Assembly (NCBI GenBank): GCA_047495785.1
Contig: JBLDXI010000004.1
Location: 2,232,001-2,296,000, forward strand
From: Lepidodermella squamata
Taxonomy: Eukaryota; Animalia; Gastrotricha
Length of the DNA: 64,000 nucleotides
Direction of reading: 5' to 3'
The notes beneath the pieces were generated by a model that was given only the letters and a program-made list of their open reading frames with translations, had not been told where the DNA came from and did no database searches. Shown piece by piece: positions 11,993 to 24,000 of the stretch. The translations under genes were made by a program, and so were the position numbers. Numbering within the stretch: the stretch's first letter is position 1; each line of letters opens with the position of its first letter.

Positions 11993-14900
11993 TGATTCTG
12001 AATATTTGCAAATTTTCAGCCCGCCAGACATCACCATTCGTGAAAAAGCCATCCCGAGGTGACAAAAGGGGCCAAAATCGATAAACCAATCAATCAAAAC
12101 TTATCGATGACTATCGAATCGATAACTCTGGCATGAAATCTGACATTGCCATCGTCTTCGTCGCATTTGATTTGGTTAATCTAGCCTCTTTACACCAATG
12201 TGGCAGTTACCCGCTTGGATGGCAGGACTCATACGCATTGAAAATTTGACTTGAGTTTGCGCAAACTTGAAATTTGCTGTTTTTTTCACCGTAAATTGAC
12301 ATTTTTTGGAAATCTGGCCAGTACGAATGTCAAATTTATTTGTCAAGGGTTATCGACAATGCTGAATCTCAACATCTGCAAAAAATTAGACCTAAATTCA
12401 TCACCGTTTGTAAAATGGACATTCAAACGGACTTAAAGCATAGCCGCCTGGCCTTTAAAGCTCACGAAAAAGGGTAAATTTTGTCAAAACTGAGCCGCCT
12501 ATGGCCCAAATGACTGTACAGGGGTTTTCGACAATGCTGATTCTGAATATTTGCAAATTTTCAGCCCGCCAGACATCACCATTCGTGAAAAAGCCATCCC
12601 GAGGTGACAAAAGGGGCCAAAATCGATAAACCAATCAATCAAAACTTATCGATGACTATCGAATCGATAACTCTGGCATGAAATCTGACATTGCCATCGT
12701 CTTCGTCGCATTTGATTTGGTTAATCTAGCCTCTTTACACCAATGTGGCAGTTACCCGCTTGGATGGCAGGACTCATACGCATTGAAAATTTGACTTGAG
12801 TTTGCGCAAACTTGAAATTTGCTGTTTTTTTCACCGTAAATTGACATTTTTTGGAAATCTGGCCAGTACGAATGTCAAATTTATTTGTCAAGGGTTATCG
12901 ACAATGCTGAATCTCAACATCTGCAAAAAATTAGACCTAAATTCATCACCGTTTGTAAAATGGACATTCAAACGGACTTAAAGCATAGCCGCCTGGCCTT
13001 TAAAGCTCACGAAAAAGGGTAAATTTTGTCAAAACTGAGCCGCCTATGGCCCAAATGACTGTACAGGGGTTTTCGACAATGCTGATTCTGAATATTTGCA
13101 AATTTTCAGCCCGCCAGACATCACCATTCGTGAAAAAGCCATCCCGAGGTGACAAAAGGGGCCAAAATCGATAAACCAATCAATCAAAACTTATCGATGA
13201 CTATCGAATCGATAACTCTGGCATGAAATCTGACATTGCCATCGTCTTCGTCGCATTTGATTTGGTTAATCTAGCCTCTTTACACCAATGTGGCAGTTAC
13301 CCGCTTGGATGGCAGGACTCATACGCATTGAAAATTTGACTTGAGTTTGCGCAAACTTGAAATTTGCTGTTTTTTTCACCGTAAATTGACATTTTTTGGA
13401 AATCTGGCCAGTACGAATGTCAAATTTATTTGTCAAGGGTTATCGACAATGCTGAATCTCAACATCTGCAAAAAATTAGACCTAAATTCATCACCGTTTG
13501 TAAAATGGACATTCAAACGGACTTAAAGCATAGCCGCCTGGCCTTTAAAGCTCACGAAAAAGGGTAAATTTTGTCAAAACTGAGCCGCCTATGGCCCAAA
13601 TGACTGTACAGGGGTTTTCGACAATGCTGATTCTGAATATTTGCAAATTTTCAGCCCGCCAGACATCACCATTCGTGAAAAAGCCATCCCGAGGTGACAA
13701 AAGGGGCCAAAATCGATAAACCAATCAATCAAAACTTATCGATGACTATCGAATCGATAACTCTGGCATGAAATCTGACATTGCCATCGTCTTCGTCGCA
13801 TTTGATTTGGTTAATCTAGCCTCTTTACACCAATGTGGCAGTTACCCGCTTGGATGGCAGGACTCATACGCATTGAAAATTTGACTTGAGTTTGCGCAAA
13901 CTTGAAATTTGCTGTTTTTTTCACCGTAAATTGACATTTTTTGGAAATCTGGCCAGTACGAATGTCAAATTTATTTGTCAAGGGTTATCGACAATGCTGA
14001 ATCTCAACATCTGCAAAAAATTAGACCTAAATTCATCACCGTTTGTAAAATGGACATTCAAACGGACTTAAAGCATAGCCGCCTGGCCTTTAAAGCTCAC
14101 GAAAAAGGGTAAATTTTGTCAAAACTGAGCCGCCTATGGCCCAAATGACTGTACAGGGGTTTTCGACAATGCTGATTCTGAATATTTGCAAATTTTCAGC
14201 CCGCCAGACATCACCATTCGTGAAAAAGCCATCCCGAGGTGACAAAAGGGGCCAAAATCGATAAACCAATCAATCAAAACTTATCGATGACTATCGAATC
14301 GATAACTCTGGCATGAAATCTGACATTGCCATCGTCTTCGTCGCATTTGATTTGGTTAATCTAGCCTCTTTACACCAATGTGGCAGTTACCCGCTTGGAT
14401 GGCAGGACTCATACGCATTGAAAATTTGACTTGAGTTTGCGCAAACTTGAAATTTGCTGTTTTTTTCACCGTAAATTGACATTTTTTGGAAATCTGGCCA
14501 GTACGAATGTCAAATTTATTTGTCAAGGGTTATCGACAATGCTGAATCTCAACATCTGCAAAAAATTAGACCTAAATTCATCACCGTTTGTAAAATGGAC
14601 ATTCAAACGGACTTAAAGCATAGCCGCCTGGCCTTTAAAGCTCACGAAAAAGGGTAAATTTTGTCAAAACTGAGCCGCCTATGGCCCAAATGACTGTACA
14701 GGGGTTTTCGACAATGCTGATTCTGAATATTTGCAAATTTTCAGCCCGCCAGACATCACCATTCGTGAAAAAGCCATCCCGAGGTGACAAAAGGGGCCAA
14801 AATCGATAAACCAATCAATCAAAACTTATCGATGACTATCGAATCGATAACTCTGGCATGAAATCTGACATTGCCATCGTCTTCGTCGCATTTGATTTGG

Positions 14901-17900
14901 TTAATCTAGCCTCTTTACACCAATGTGGCAGTTACCCGCTTGGATGGCAGGACTCATACGCATTGAAAATTTGACTTGAGTTTGCGCAAACTTGAAATTT
15001 GCTGTTTTTTTCAACACATCTCGTGAGAGTTTGGAAATCTGGCCAGTACGAATGTCAAATTTATTTGTCAAGGGTTATCGACAATGCTGAATCTCAACAT
15101 CTGCAAAAAATTAGACCTAAATTCATCACCGTTTGTAAAATGGACATTCAAACGGACTTAAAGCATAGCCGCCTGGCCTTTAAAGCTCACGAAAAAGGGT
15201 AAATTTTGTCAAAACTGAGCCGCCTATGGCCCAAATGACTGTACAGGGGTTTTCGACAATGCTGATTCTGAATATTTGCAAATTTTCAGCCCGCCAGACA
15301 TCACCATTCGTGAAAAAGCCATCCCGAGGTGACAAAAGGGGCCAAAATCGATAAACCAATCAATCAAAACTTATCGATGACTATCGAATCGATAACTCTG
15401 GCATGAAATCTGACATTGCCATCGTCTTCGTCGCATTTGATTTGGTTAATCTAGCCTCTTTACACCAATGTGGCAGTTACCCGCTTGGATGGCAGGACTC
15501 ATACGCATTGAAAATTTGACTTGAGTTTGCGCAAACTTGAAATTTGCTGTTTTTTTCACCGTAAATTGACATTTTTTGGAAATCTGGCCAGTACGAATGT
15601 CAAATTTATTTGTCAAGGGTTATCGACAATGCTGAATCTCAACATCTGCAAAAAATTAGACCTAAATTCATCACCGTTTGTAAAATGGACATTCAAACGG
15701 ACTTAAAGCATAGCCGCCTGGCCTTTAAAGCTCACGAAAAAGGGTAAATTTTGTCAAAACTGAGCCGCCTATGGCCCAAATGACTGTACAGGGGTTTTCG
15801 ACAATGCTGATTCTGAATATTTGCAAATTTTCAGCCCGCCAGACATCACCATTCGTGAAAAAGCCATCCCGAGGTGACAAAAGGGGCCAAAATCGATAAA
15901 CCAATCAATCAAAACTTATCGATGACTATCGAATCGATAACTCTGGCATGAAATCTGACATTGCCATCGTCTTCGTCGCATTTGATTTGGTTAATCTAGC
16001 CTCTTTACACCAATGTGGCAGTTACCCGCTTGGATGGCAGGACTCATACGCATTGAAAATTTGACTTGAGTTTGCGCAAACTTGAAATTTGCTGTTTTTT
16101 TCACCGTAAATTGACATTTTTTGGAAATCTGGCCAGTACGAATGTCAAATTTATTTGTCAAGGGTTATCGACAATGCTGAATCTCAACATCTGCAAAAAA
16201 TTAGACCTAAATTCATCACCGTTTGTAAAATGGACATTCAAACGGACTTAAAGCATAGCCGCCTGGCCTTTAAAGCTCACGAAAAAGGGTAAATTTTGTC
16301 AAAACTGAGCCGCCTATGGCCCAAATGACTGTACAGGGGTTTTCGACAATGCTGATTCTGAATATTTGCAAATTTTCAGCCCGCCAGACATCACCATTCG
16401 TGAAAAAGCCATCCCGAGGTGACAAAAGGGGCCAAAATCGATAAACCAATCAATCAAAACTTATCGATGACTATCGAATCGATAACTCTGGCATGAAATC
16501 TGACATTGCCATCGTCTTCGTCGCATTTGATTTGGTTAATCTAGCCTCTTTACACCAATGTGGCAGTTACCCGCTTGGATGGCAGGACTCATACGCATTG
16601 AAAATTTGACTTGAGTTTGCGCAAACTTGAAATTTGCTGTTTTTTTCACCGTAAATTGACATTTTTTGGAAATCTGGCCAGTACGAATGTCAAATTTATT
16701 TGTCAAGGGTTATCGACAATGCTGAATCTCAACATCTGCAAAAAATTAGACCTAAATTCATCACCGTTTGTAAAATGGACATTCAAACGGACTTAAAGCA
16801 TAGCCGCCTGGCCTTTAAAGCTCACGAAAAAGGGTAAATTTTGTCAAAACTGAGCCGCCTATGGCCCAAATGACTGTACAGGGGTTTTCGACAATGCTGA
16901 TTCTGAATATTTGCAAATTTTCAGCCCGCCAGACATCACCATTCGTGAAAAAGCCATCCCGAGGTGACAAAAGGGGCCAAAATCGATAAACCAATCAATC
17001 AAAACTTATCGATGACTATCGAATCGATAACTCTGGCATGAAATCTGACATTGCCATCGTCTTCGTCGCATTTGATTTGGTTAATCTAGCCTCTTTACAC
17101 CAATGTGGCAGTTACCCGCTTGGATGGCAGGACTCATACGCATTGAAAATTTGACTTGAGTTTGCGCAAACTTGAAATTTGCTGTTTTTTTCACCGTAAA
17201 TTGACATTTTTTGGAAATCTGGCCAGTACGAATGTCAAATTTATTTGTCAAGGGTTATCGACAATGCTGAATCTCAACATCTGCAAAAAATTAGACCTAA
17301 ATTCATCACCGTTTGTAAAATGGACATTCAAACGGACTTAAAGCATAGCCGCCTGGCCTTTAAAGCTCACGAAAAAGGGTAAATTTTGTCAAAACTGAGC
17401 CGCCTATGGCCCAAATGACTGTACAGGGGTTTTCGACAATGCTGATTCTGAATATTTGCAAATTTTCAGCCCGCCAGACATCACCATTCGTGAAAAAGCC
17501 ATCCCGAGGTGACAAAAGGGGCCAAAATCGATAAACCAATCAATCAAAACTTATCGATGACTATCGAATCGATAACTCTGGCATGAAATCTGACATTGCC
17601 ATCGTCTTCGTCGCATTTGATTTGGTTAATCTAGCCTCTTTACACCAATGTGGCAGTTACCCGCTTGGATGGCAGGACTCATACGCATTGAAAATTTGAC
17701 TTGAGTTTGCGCAAACTTGAAATTTGCTGTTTTTTTCACCGTAAATTGACATTTTTTGGAAATCTGGCCAGTACGAATGTCAAATTTATTTGTCAAGGGT
17801 TATCGACAATGCTGAATCTCAACATCTGCAAAAAATTAGACCTAAATTCATCACCGTTTGTAAAATGGACATTCAAACGGACTTAAAGCATAGCCGCCTG

Positions 17901-20900
17901 GCCTTTAAAGCTCACGAAAAAGGGTAAATTTTGTCAAAACTGAGCCGCCTATGGCCCAAATGACTGTACAGGGGTTTTCGACAATGCTGATTCTGAATAT
18001 TTGCAAATTTTCAGCCCGCCAGACATCACCATTCGTGAAAAAGCCATCCCGAGGTGACAAAAGGGGCCAAAATCGATAAACCAATCAATCAAAACTTATC
18101 GATGACTATCGAATCGATAACTCTGGCATGAAATCTGACATTGCCATCGTCTTCGTCGCATTTGATTTGGTTAATCTAGCCTCTTTACACCAATGTGGCA
18201 GTTACCCGCTTGGATGGCAGGACTCATACGCATTGAAAATTTGACTTGAGTTTGCGCAAACTTGAAATTTGCTGTTTTTTTCACCGTAAATTGACATTTT
18301 TTGGAAATCTGGCCAGTACGAATGTCAAATTTATTTGTCAAGGGTTATCGACAATGCTGAATCTCAACATCTGCAAAAAATTAGACCTAAATTCATCACC
18401 GTTTGTAAAATGGACATTCAAACGGACTTAAAGCATAGCCGCCTGGCCTTTAAAGCTCACGAAAAAGGGTAAATTTTGTCAAAACTGAGCCGCCTATGGC
18501 CCAAATGACTGTACAGGGGTTTTCGACAATGCTGATTCTGAATATTTGCAAATTTTCAGCCCGCCAGACATCACCATTCGTGAAAAAGCCATCCCGAGGT
18601 GACAAAAGGGGCCAAAATCGATAAACCAATCAATCAAAACTTATCGATGACTATCGAATCGATAACTCTGGCATGAAATCTGACATTGCCATCGTCTTCG
18701 TCGCATTTGATTTGGTTAATCTAGCCTCTTTACACCAATGTGGCAGTTACCCGCTTGGATGGCAGGACTCATACGCATTGAAAATTTGACTTGAGTTTGC
18801 GCAAACTTGAAATTTGCTGTTTTTTTCACCGTAAATTGACATTTTTTGGAAATCTGGCCAGTACGAATGTCAAATTTATTTGTCAAGGGTTATCGACAAT
18901 GCTGAATCTCAACATCTGCAAAAAATTAGACCTAAATTCATCACCGTTTGTAAAATGGACATTCAAACGGACTTAAAGCATAGCCGCCTGGCCTTTAAAG
19001 CTCACGAAAAAGGGTAAATTTTGTCAAAACTGAGCCGCCTATGGCCCAAATGACTGTACAGGGGTTTTCGACAATGCTGATTCTGAATATTTGCAAATTT
19101 TCAGCCCGCCAGACATCACCATTCGTGAAAAAGCCATCCCGAGGTGACAAAAGGGGCCAAAATCGATAAACCAATCAATCAAAACTTATCGATGACTATC
19201 GAATCGATAACTCTGGCATGAAATCTGACATTGCCATCGTCTTCGTCGCATTTGATTTGGTTAATCTAGCCTCTTTACACCAATGTGGCAGTTACCCGCT
19301 TGGATGGCAGGACTCATACGCATTGAAAATTTGACTTGAGTTTGCGCAAACTTGAAATTTGCTGTTTTTTTCACCGTAAATTGACATTTTTTGGAAATCT
19401 GGCCAGTACGAATGTCAAATTTATTTGTCAAGGGTTATCGACAATGCTGAATCTCAACATCTGCAAAAAATTAGACCTAAATTCATCACCGTTTGTAAAA
19501 TGGACATTCAAACGGACTTAAAGCATAGCCGCCTGGCCTTTAAAGCTCACGAAAAAGGGTAAATTTTGTCAAAACTGAGCCGCCTATGGCCCAAATGACT
19601 GTACAGGGGTTTTCGACAATGCTGATTCTGAATATTTGCAAATTTTCAGCCCGCCAGACATCACCATTCGTGAAAAAGCCATCCCGAGGTGACAAAAGGG
19701 GCCAAAATCGATAAACCAATCAATCAAAACTTATCGATGACTATCGAATCGATAACTCTGGCATGAAATCTGACATTGCCATCGTCTTCGTCGCATTTGA
19801 TTTGGTTAATCTAGCCTCTTTACACCAATGTGGCAGTTACCCGCTTGGATGGCAGGACTCATACGCATTGAAAATTTGACTTGAGTTTGCGCAAACTTGA
19901 AATTTGCTGTTTTTTTCACCGTAAATTGACATTTTTTGGAAATCTGGCCAGTACGAATGTCAAATTTATTTGTCAAGGGTTATCGACAATGCTGAATCTC
20001 AACATCTGCAAAAAATTAGACCTAAATTCATCACCGTTTGTAAAATGGACATTCAAACGGACTTAAAGCATAGCCGCCTGGCCTTTAAAGCTCACGAAAA
20101 AGGGTAAATTTTGTCAAAACTGAGCCGCCTATGGCCCAAATGACTGTACAGGGGTTTTCGACAATGCTGATTCTGAATATTTGCAAATTTTCAGCCCGCC
20201 AGACATCACCATTCGTGAAAAAGCCATCCCGAGGTGACAAAAGGGGCCAAAATCGATAAACCAATCAATCAAAACTTATCGATGACTATCGAATCGATAA
20301 CTCTGGCATGAAATCTGACATTGCCATCGTCTTCGTCGCATTTGATTTGGTTAATCTAGCCTCTTTACACCAATGTGGCAGTTACCCGCTTGGATGGCAG
20401 GACTCATACGCATTGAAAATTTGACTTGAGTTTGCGCAAACTTGAAATTTGCTGTTTTTTTCACCGTAAATTGACATTTTTTGGAAATCTGGCCAGTACG
20501 AATGTCAAATTTATTTGTCAAGGGTTATCGACAATGCTGAATCTCAACATCTGCAAAAAATTAGACCTAAATTCATCACCGTTTGTAAAATGGACATTCA
20601 AACGGACTTAAAGCATAGCCGCCTGGCCTTTAAAGCTCACGAAAAAGGGTAAATTTTGTCAAAACTGAGCCGCCTATGGCCCAAATGACTGTACAGGGGT
20701 TTTCGACAATGCTGATTCTGAATATTTGCAAATTTTCAGCCCGCCAGACATCACCATTCGTGAAAAAGCCATCCCGAGGTGACAAAAGGGGCCAAAATCG
20801 ATAAACCAATCAATCAAAACTTATCGATGACTATCGAATCGATAACTCTGGCATGAAATCTGACATTGCCATCGTCTTCGTCGCATTTGATTTGGTTAAT

Positions 20901-21041
20901 CTAGCCTCTTTACACCAATGTGGCAGTTACCCGCTTGGATGGCAGGACTCATACGCATTGAAAATTTGACTTGAGTTTGCGCAAACTTGAAATTTGCTGT
21001 TTTTTTCACCGTAAATTGACATTTTTTGGAAATCTGGCCAG
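11987..21041 (-). repeat. Satellite block 2, inverted orientation (~16.6 monomers)
   Basis: Reverse complement of the monomer; the repeated 61-aa ORF switches to the + strand (12251-20611). Confidence 0.97.
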
Positions 21042-24000
21042 ATTTCCAAAAAATGTCAATTTACGGTGAAAAAAACAGCAAATTTCAAGTTTGCGCAAAC
21101 TCAAGTCAAATTTTCAATGCGTATGAGTCCTGCCATCCAAGCGGGTAACTGCCACATTGGTGTAAAGAGGCTAGATTAACCAAATCAAATGCGACGAAGA
21201 CGATGGCAATGTCAGATTTCATGCCAGAGTTATCGATTCGATAGTCATCGATAAGTTTTGATTGATTGGTTTATCGATTTTGGCCCCTTTTGTCACCTCG
21301 GGATGGCTTTTTCACGAATGGTGATGTCTGGCGGGCTGAAAATTTGCAAATATTCAGAATCAGCATTGTCGAAAACCCCTGTACAGTCATTTGGGCCATA
21401 GGCGGCTCAGTTTTGACAAAATTTACCCTTTTTCGTGAGCTTTAAAGGCCAGGCGGCTATGCTTTAAGTCCGTTTGAATGTCCATTTTACAAACGGTGAT
21501 GAATTTAGGTCTAATTTTTTGCAGATGTTGAGATTCAGCATTGTCGATAACCCTTGACAAATAAATTTGACATTCGTACTGGCCAGATTTCCAAAAAATG
21601 TCAATTTACGGTGAAAAAAACAGCAAATTTCAAGTTTGCGCAAACTCAAGTCAAATTTTCAATGCGTATGAGTCCTGCCATCCAAGCGGGTAACTGCCAC
21701 ATTGGTGTAAAGAGGCTAGATTAACCAAATCAAATGCGACGAAGACGATGGCAATGTCAGATTTCATGCCAGAGTTATCGATTCGATAGTCATCGATAAG
21801 TTTTGATTGATTGGTTTATCGATTTTGGCCCCTTTTGTCACCTCGGGATGGCTTTTTCACGAATGGTGATGTCTGGCGGGCTGAAAATTTGCAAATATTC
21901 AGAATCAGCATTGTCGAAAACCCCTGTACAGTCATTTGGGCCATAGGCGGCTCAGTTTTGACAAAATTTACCCTTTTTCGTGAGCTTTAAAGGCCAGGCG
22001 GCTATGCTTTAAGTCCGTTTGAATGTCCATTTTACAAACGGTGATGAATTTAGGTCTAATTTTTTGCAGATGTTGAGATTCAGCATTGTCGATAACCCTT
22101 GACAAATAAATTTGACATTCGTACTGGCCAGATTTCCAAAAAATGTCAATTTACGGTGAAAAAAACAGCAAATTTCAAGTTTGCGCAAACTCAAGTCAAA
22201 TTTTCAATGCGTATGAGTCCTGCCATCCAAGCGGGTAACTGCCACATTGGTGTAAAGAGGCTAGATTAACCAAATCAAATGCGACGAAGACGATGGCAAT
22301 GTCAGATTTCATGCCAGAGTTATCGATTCGATAGTCATCGATAAGTTTTGATTGATTGGTTTATCGATTTTGGCCCCTTTTGTCACCTCGGGATGGCTTT
22401 TTCACGAATGGTGATGTCTGGCGGGCTGAAAATTTGCAAATATTCAGAATCAGCATTGTCGAAAACCCCTGTACAGTCATTTGGGCCATAGGCGGCTCAG
22501 TTTTGACAAAATTTACCCTTTTTCGTGAGCTTTAAAGGCCAGGCGGCTATGCTTTAAGTCCGTTTGAATGTCCATTTTACAAACGGTGATGAATTTAGGT
22601 CTAATTTTTTGCAGATGTTGAGATTCAGCATTGTCGATAACCCTTGACAAATAAATTTGACATTCGTACTGGCCAGATTTCCAAAAAATGTCAATTTACG
22701 GTGAAAAAAACAGCAAATTTCAAGTTTGCGCAAACTCAAGTCAAATTTTCAATGCGTATGAGTCCTGCCATCCAAGCGGGTAACTGCCACATTGGTGTAA
22801 AGAGGCTAGATTAACCAAATCAAATGCGACGAAGACGATGGCAATGTCAGATTTCATGCCAGAGTTATCGATTCGATAGTCATCGATAAGTTTTGATTGA
22901 TTGGTTTATCGATTTTGGCCCCTTTTGTCACCTCGGGATGGCTTTTTCACGAATGGTGATGTCTGGCGGGCTGAAAATTTGCAAATATTCAGAATCAGCA
23001 TTGTCGAAAACCCCTGTACAGTCATTTGGGCCATAGGCGGCTCAGTTTTGACAAAATTTACCCTTTTTCGTGAGCTTTAAAGGCCAGGCGGCTATGCTTT
23101 AAGTCCGTTTGAATGTCCATTTTACAAACGGTGATGAATTTAGGTCTAATTTTTTGCAGATGTTGAGATTCAGCATTGTCGATAACCCTTGACAAATAAA
23201 TTTGACATTCGTACTGGCCAGATTTCCAAAAAATGTCAATTTACGGTGAAAAAAACAGCAAATTTCAAGTTTGCGCAAACTCAAGTCAAATTTTCAATGC
23301 GTATGAGTCCTGCCATCCAAGCGGGTAACTGCCACATTGGTGTAAAGAGGCTAGATTAACCAAATCAAATGCGACGAAGACGATGGCAATGTCAGATTTC
23401 ATGCCAGAGTTATCGATTCGATAGTCATCGATAAGTTTTGATTGATTGGTTTATCGATTTTGGCCCCTTTTGTCACCTCGGGATGGCTTTTTCACGAATG
23501 GTGATGTCTGGCGGGCTGAAAATTTGCAAATATTCAGAATCAGCATTGTCGAAAACCCCTGTACAGTCATTTGGGCCATAGGCGGCTCAGTTTTGACAAA
23601 ATTTACCCTTTTTCGTGAGCTTTAAAGGCCAGGCGGCTATGCTTTAAGTCCGTTTGAATGTCCATTTTACAAACGGTGATGAATTTAGGTCTAATTTTTT
23701 GCAGATGTTGAGATTCAGCATTGTCGATAACCCTTGACAAATAAATTTGACATTCGTACTGGCCAGATTTCCAAAAAATGTCAATTTACGGTGAAAAAAA
23801 CAGCAAATTTCAAGTTTGCGCAAACTCAAGTCAAATTTTCAATGCGTATGAGTCCTGCCATCCAAGCGGGTAACTGCCACATTGGTGTAAAGAGGCTAGA
23901 TTAACCAAATCAAATGCGACGAAGACGATGGCAATGTCAGATTTCATGCCAGAGTTATCGATTCGATAGTCATCGATAAGTTTTGATTGATTGGTTTATC

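Noticed and set aside
11881-12084. Junction ORFs (also 14999-15202 and 26721-26945)
   Set aside because: Chance frames created by the fold-back junction, the 16-bp patch and the array end
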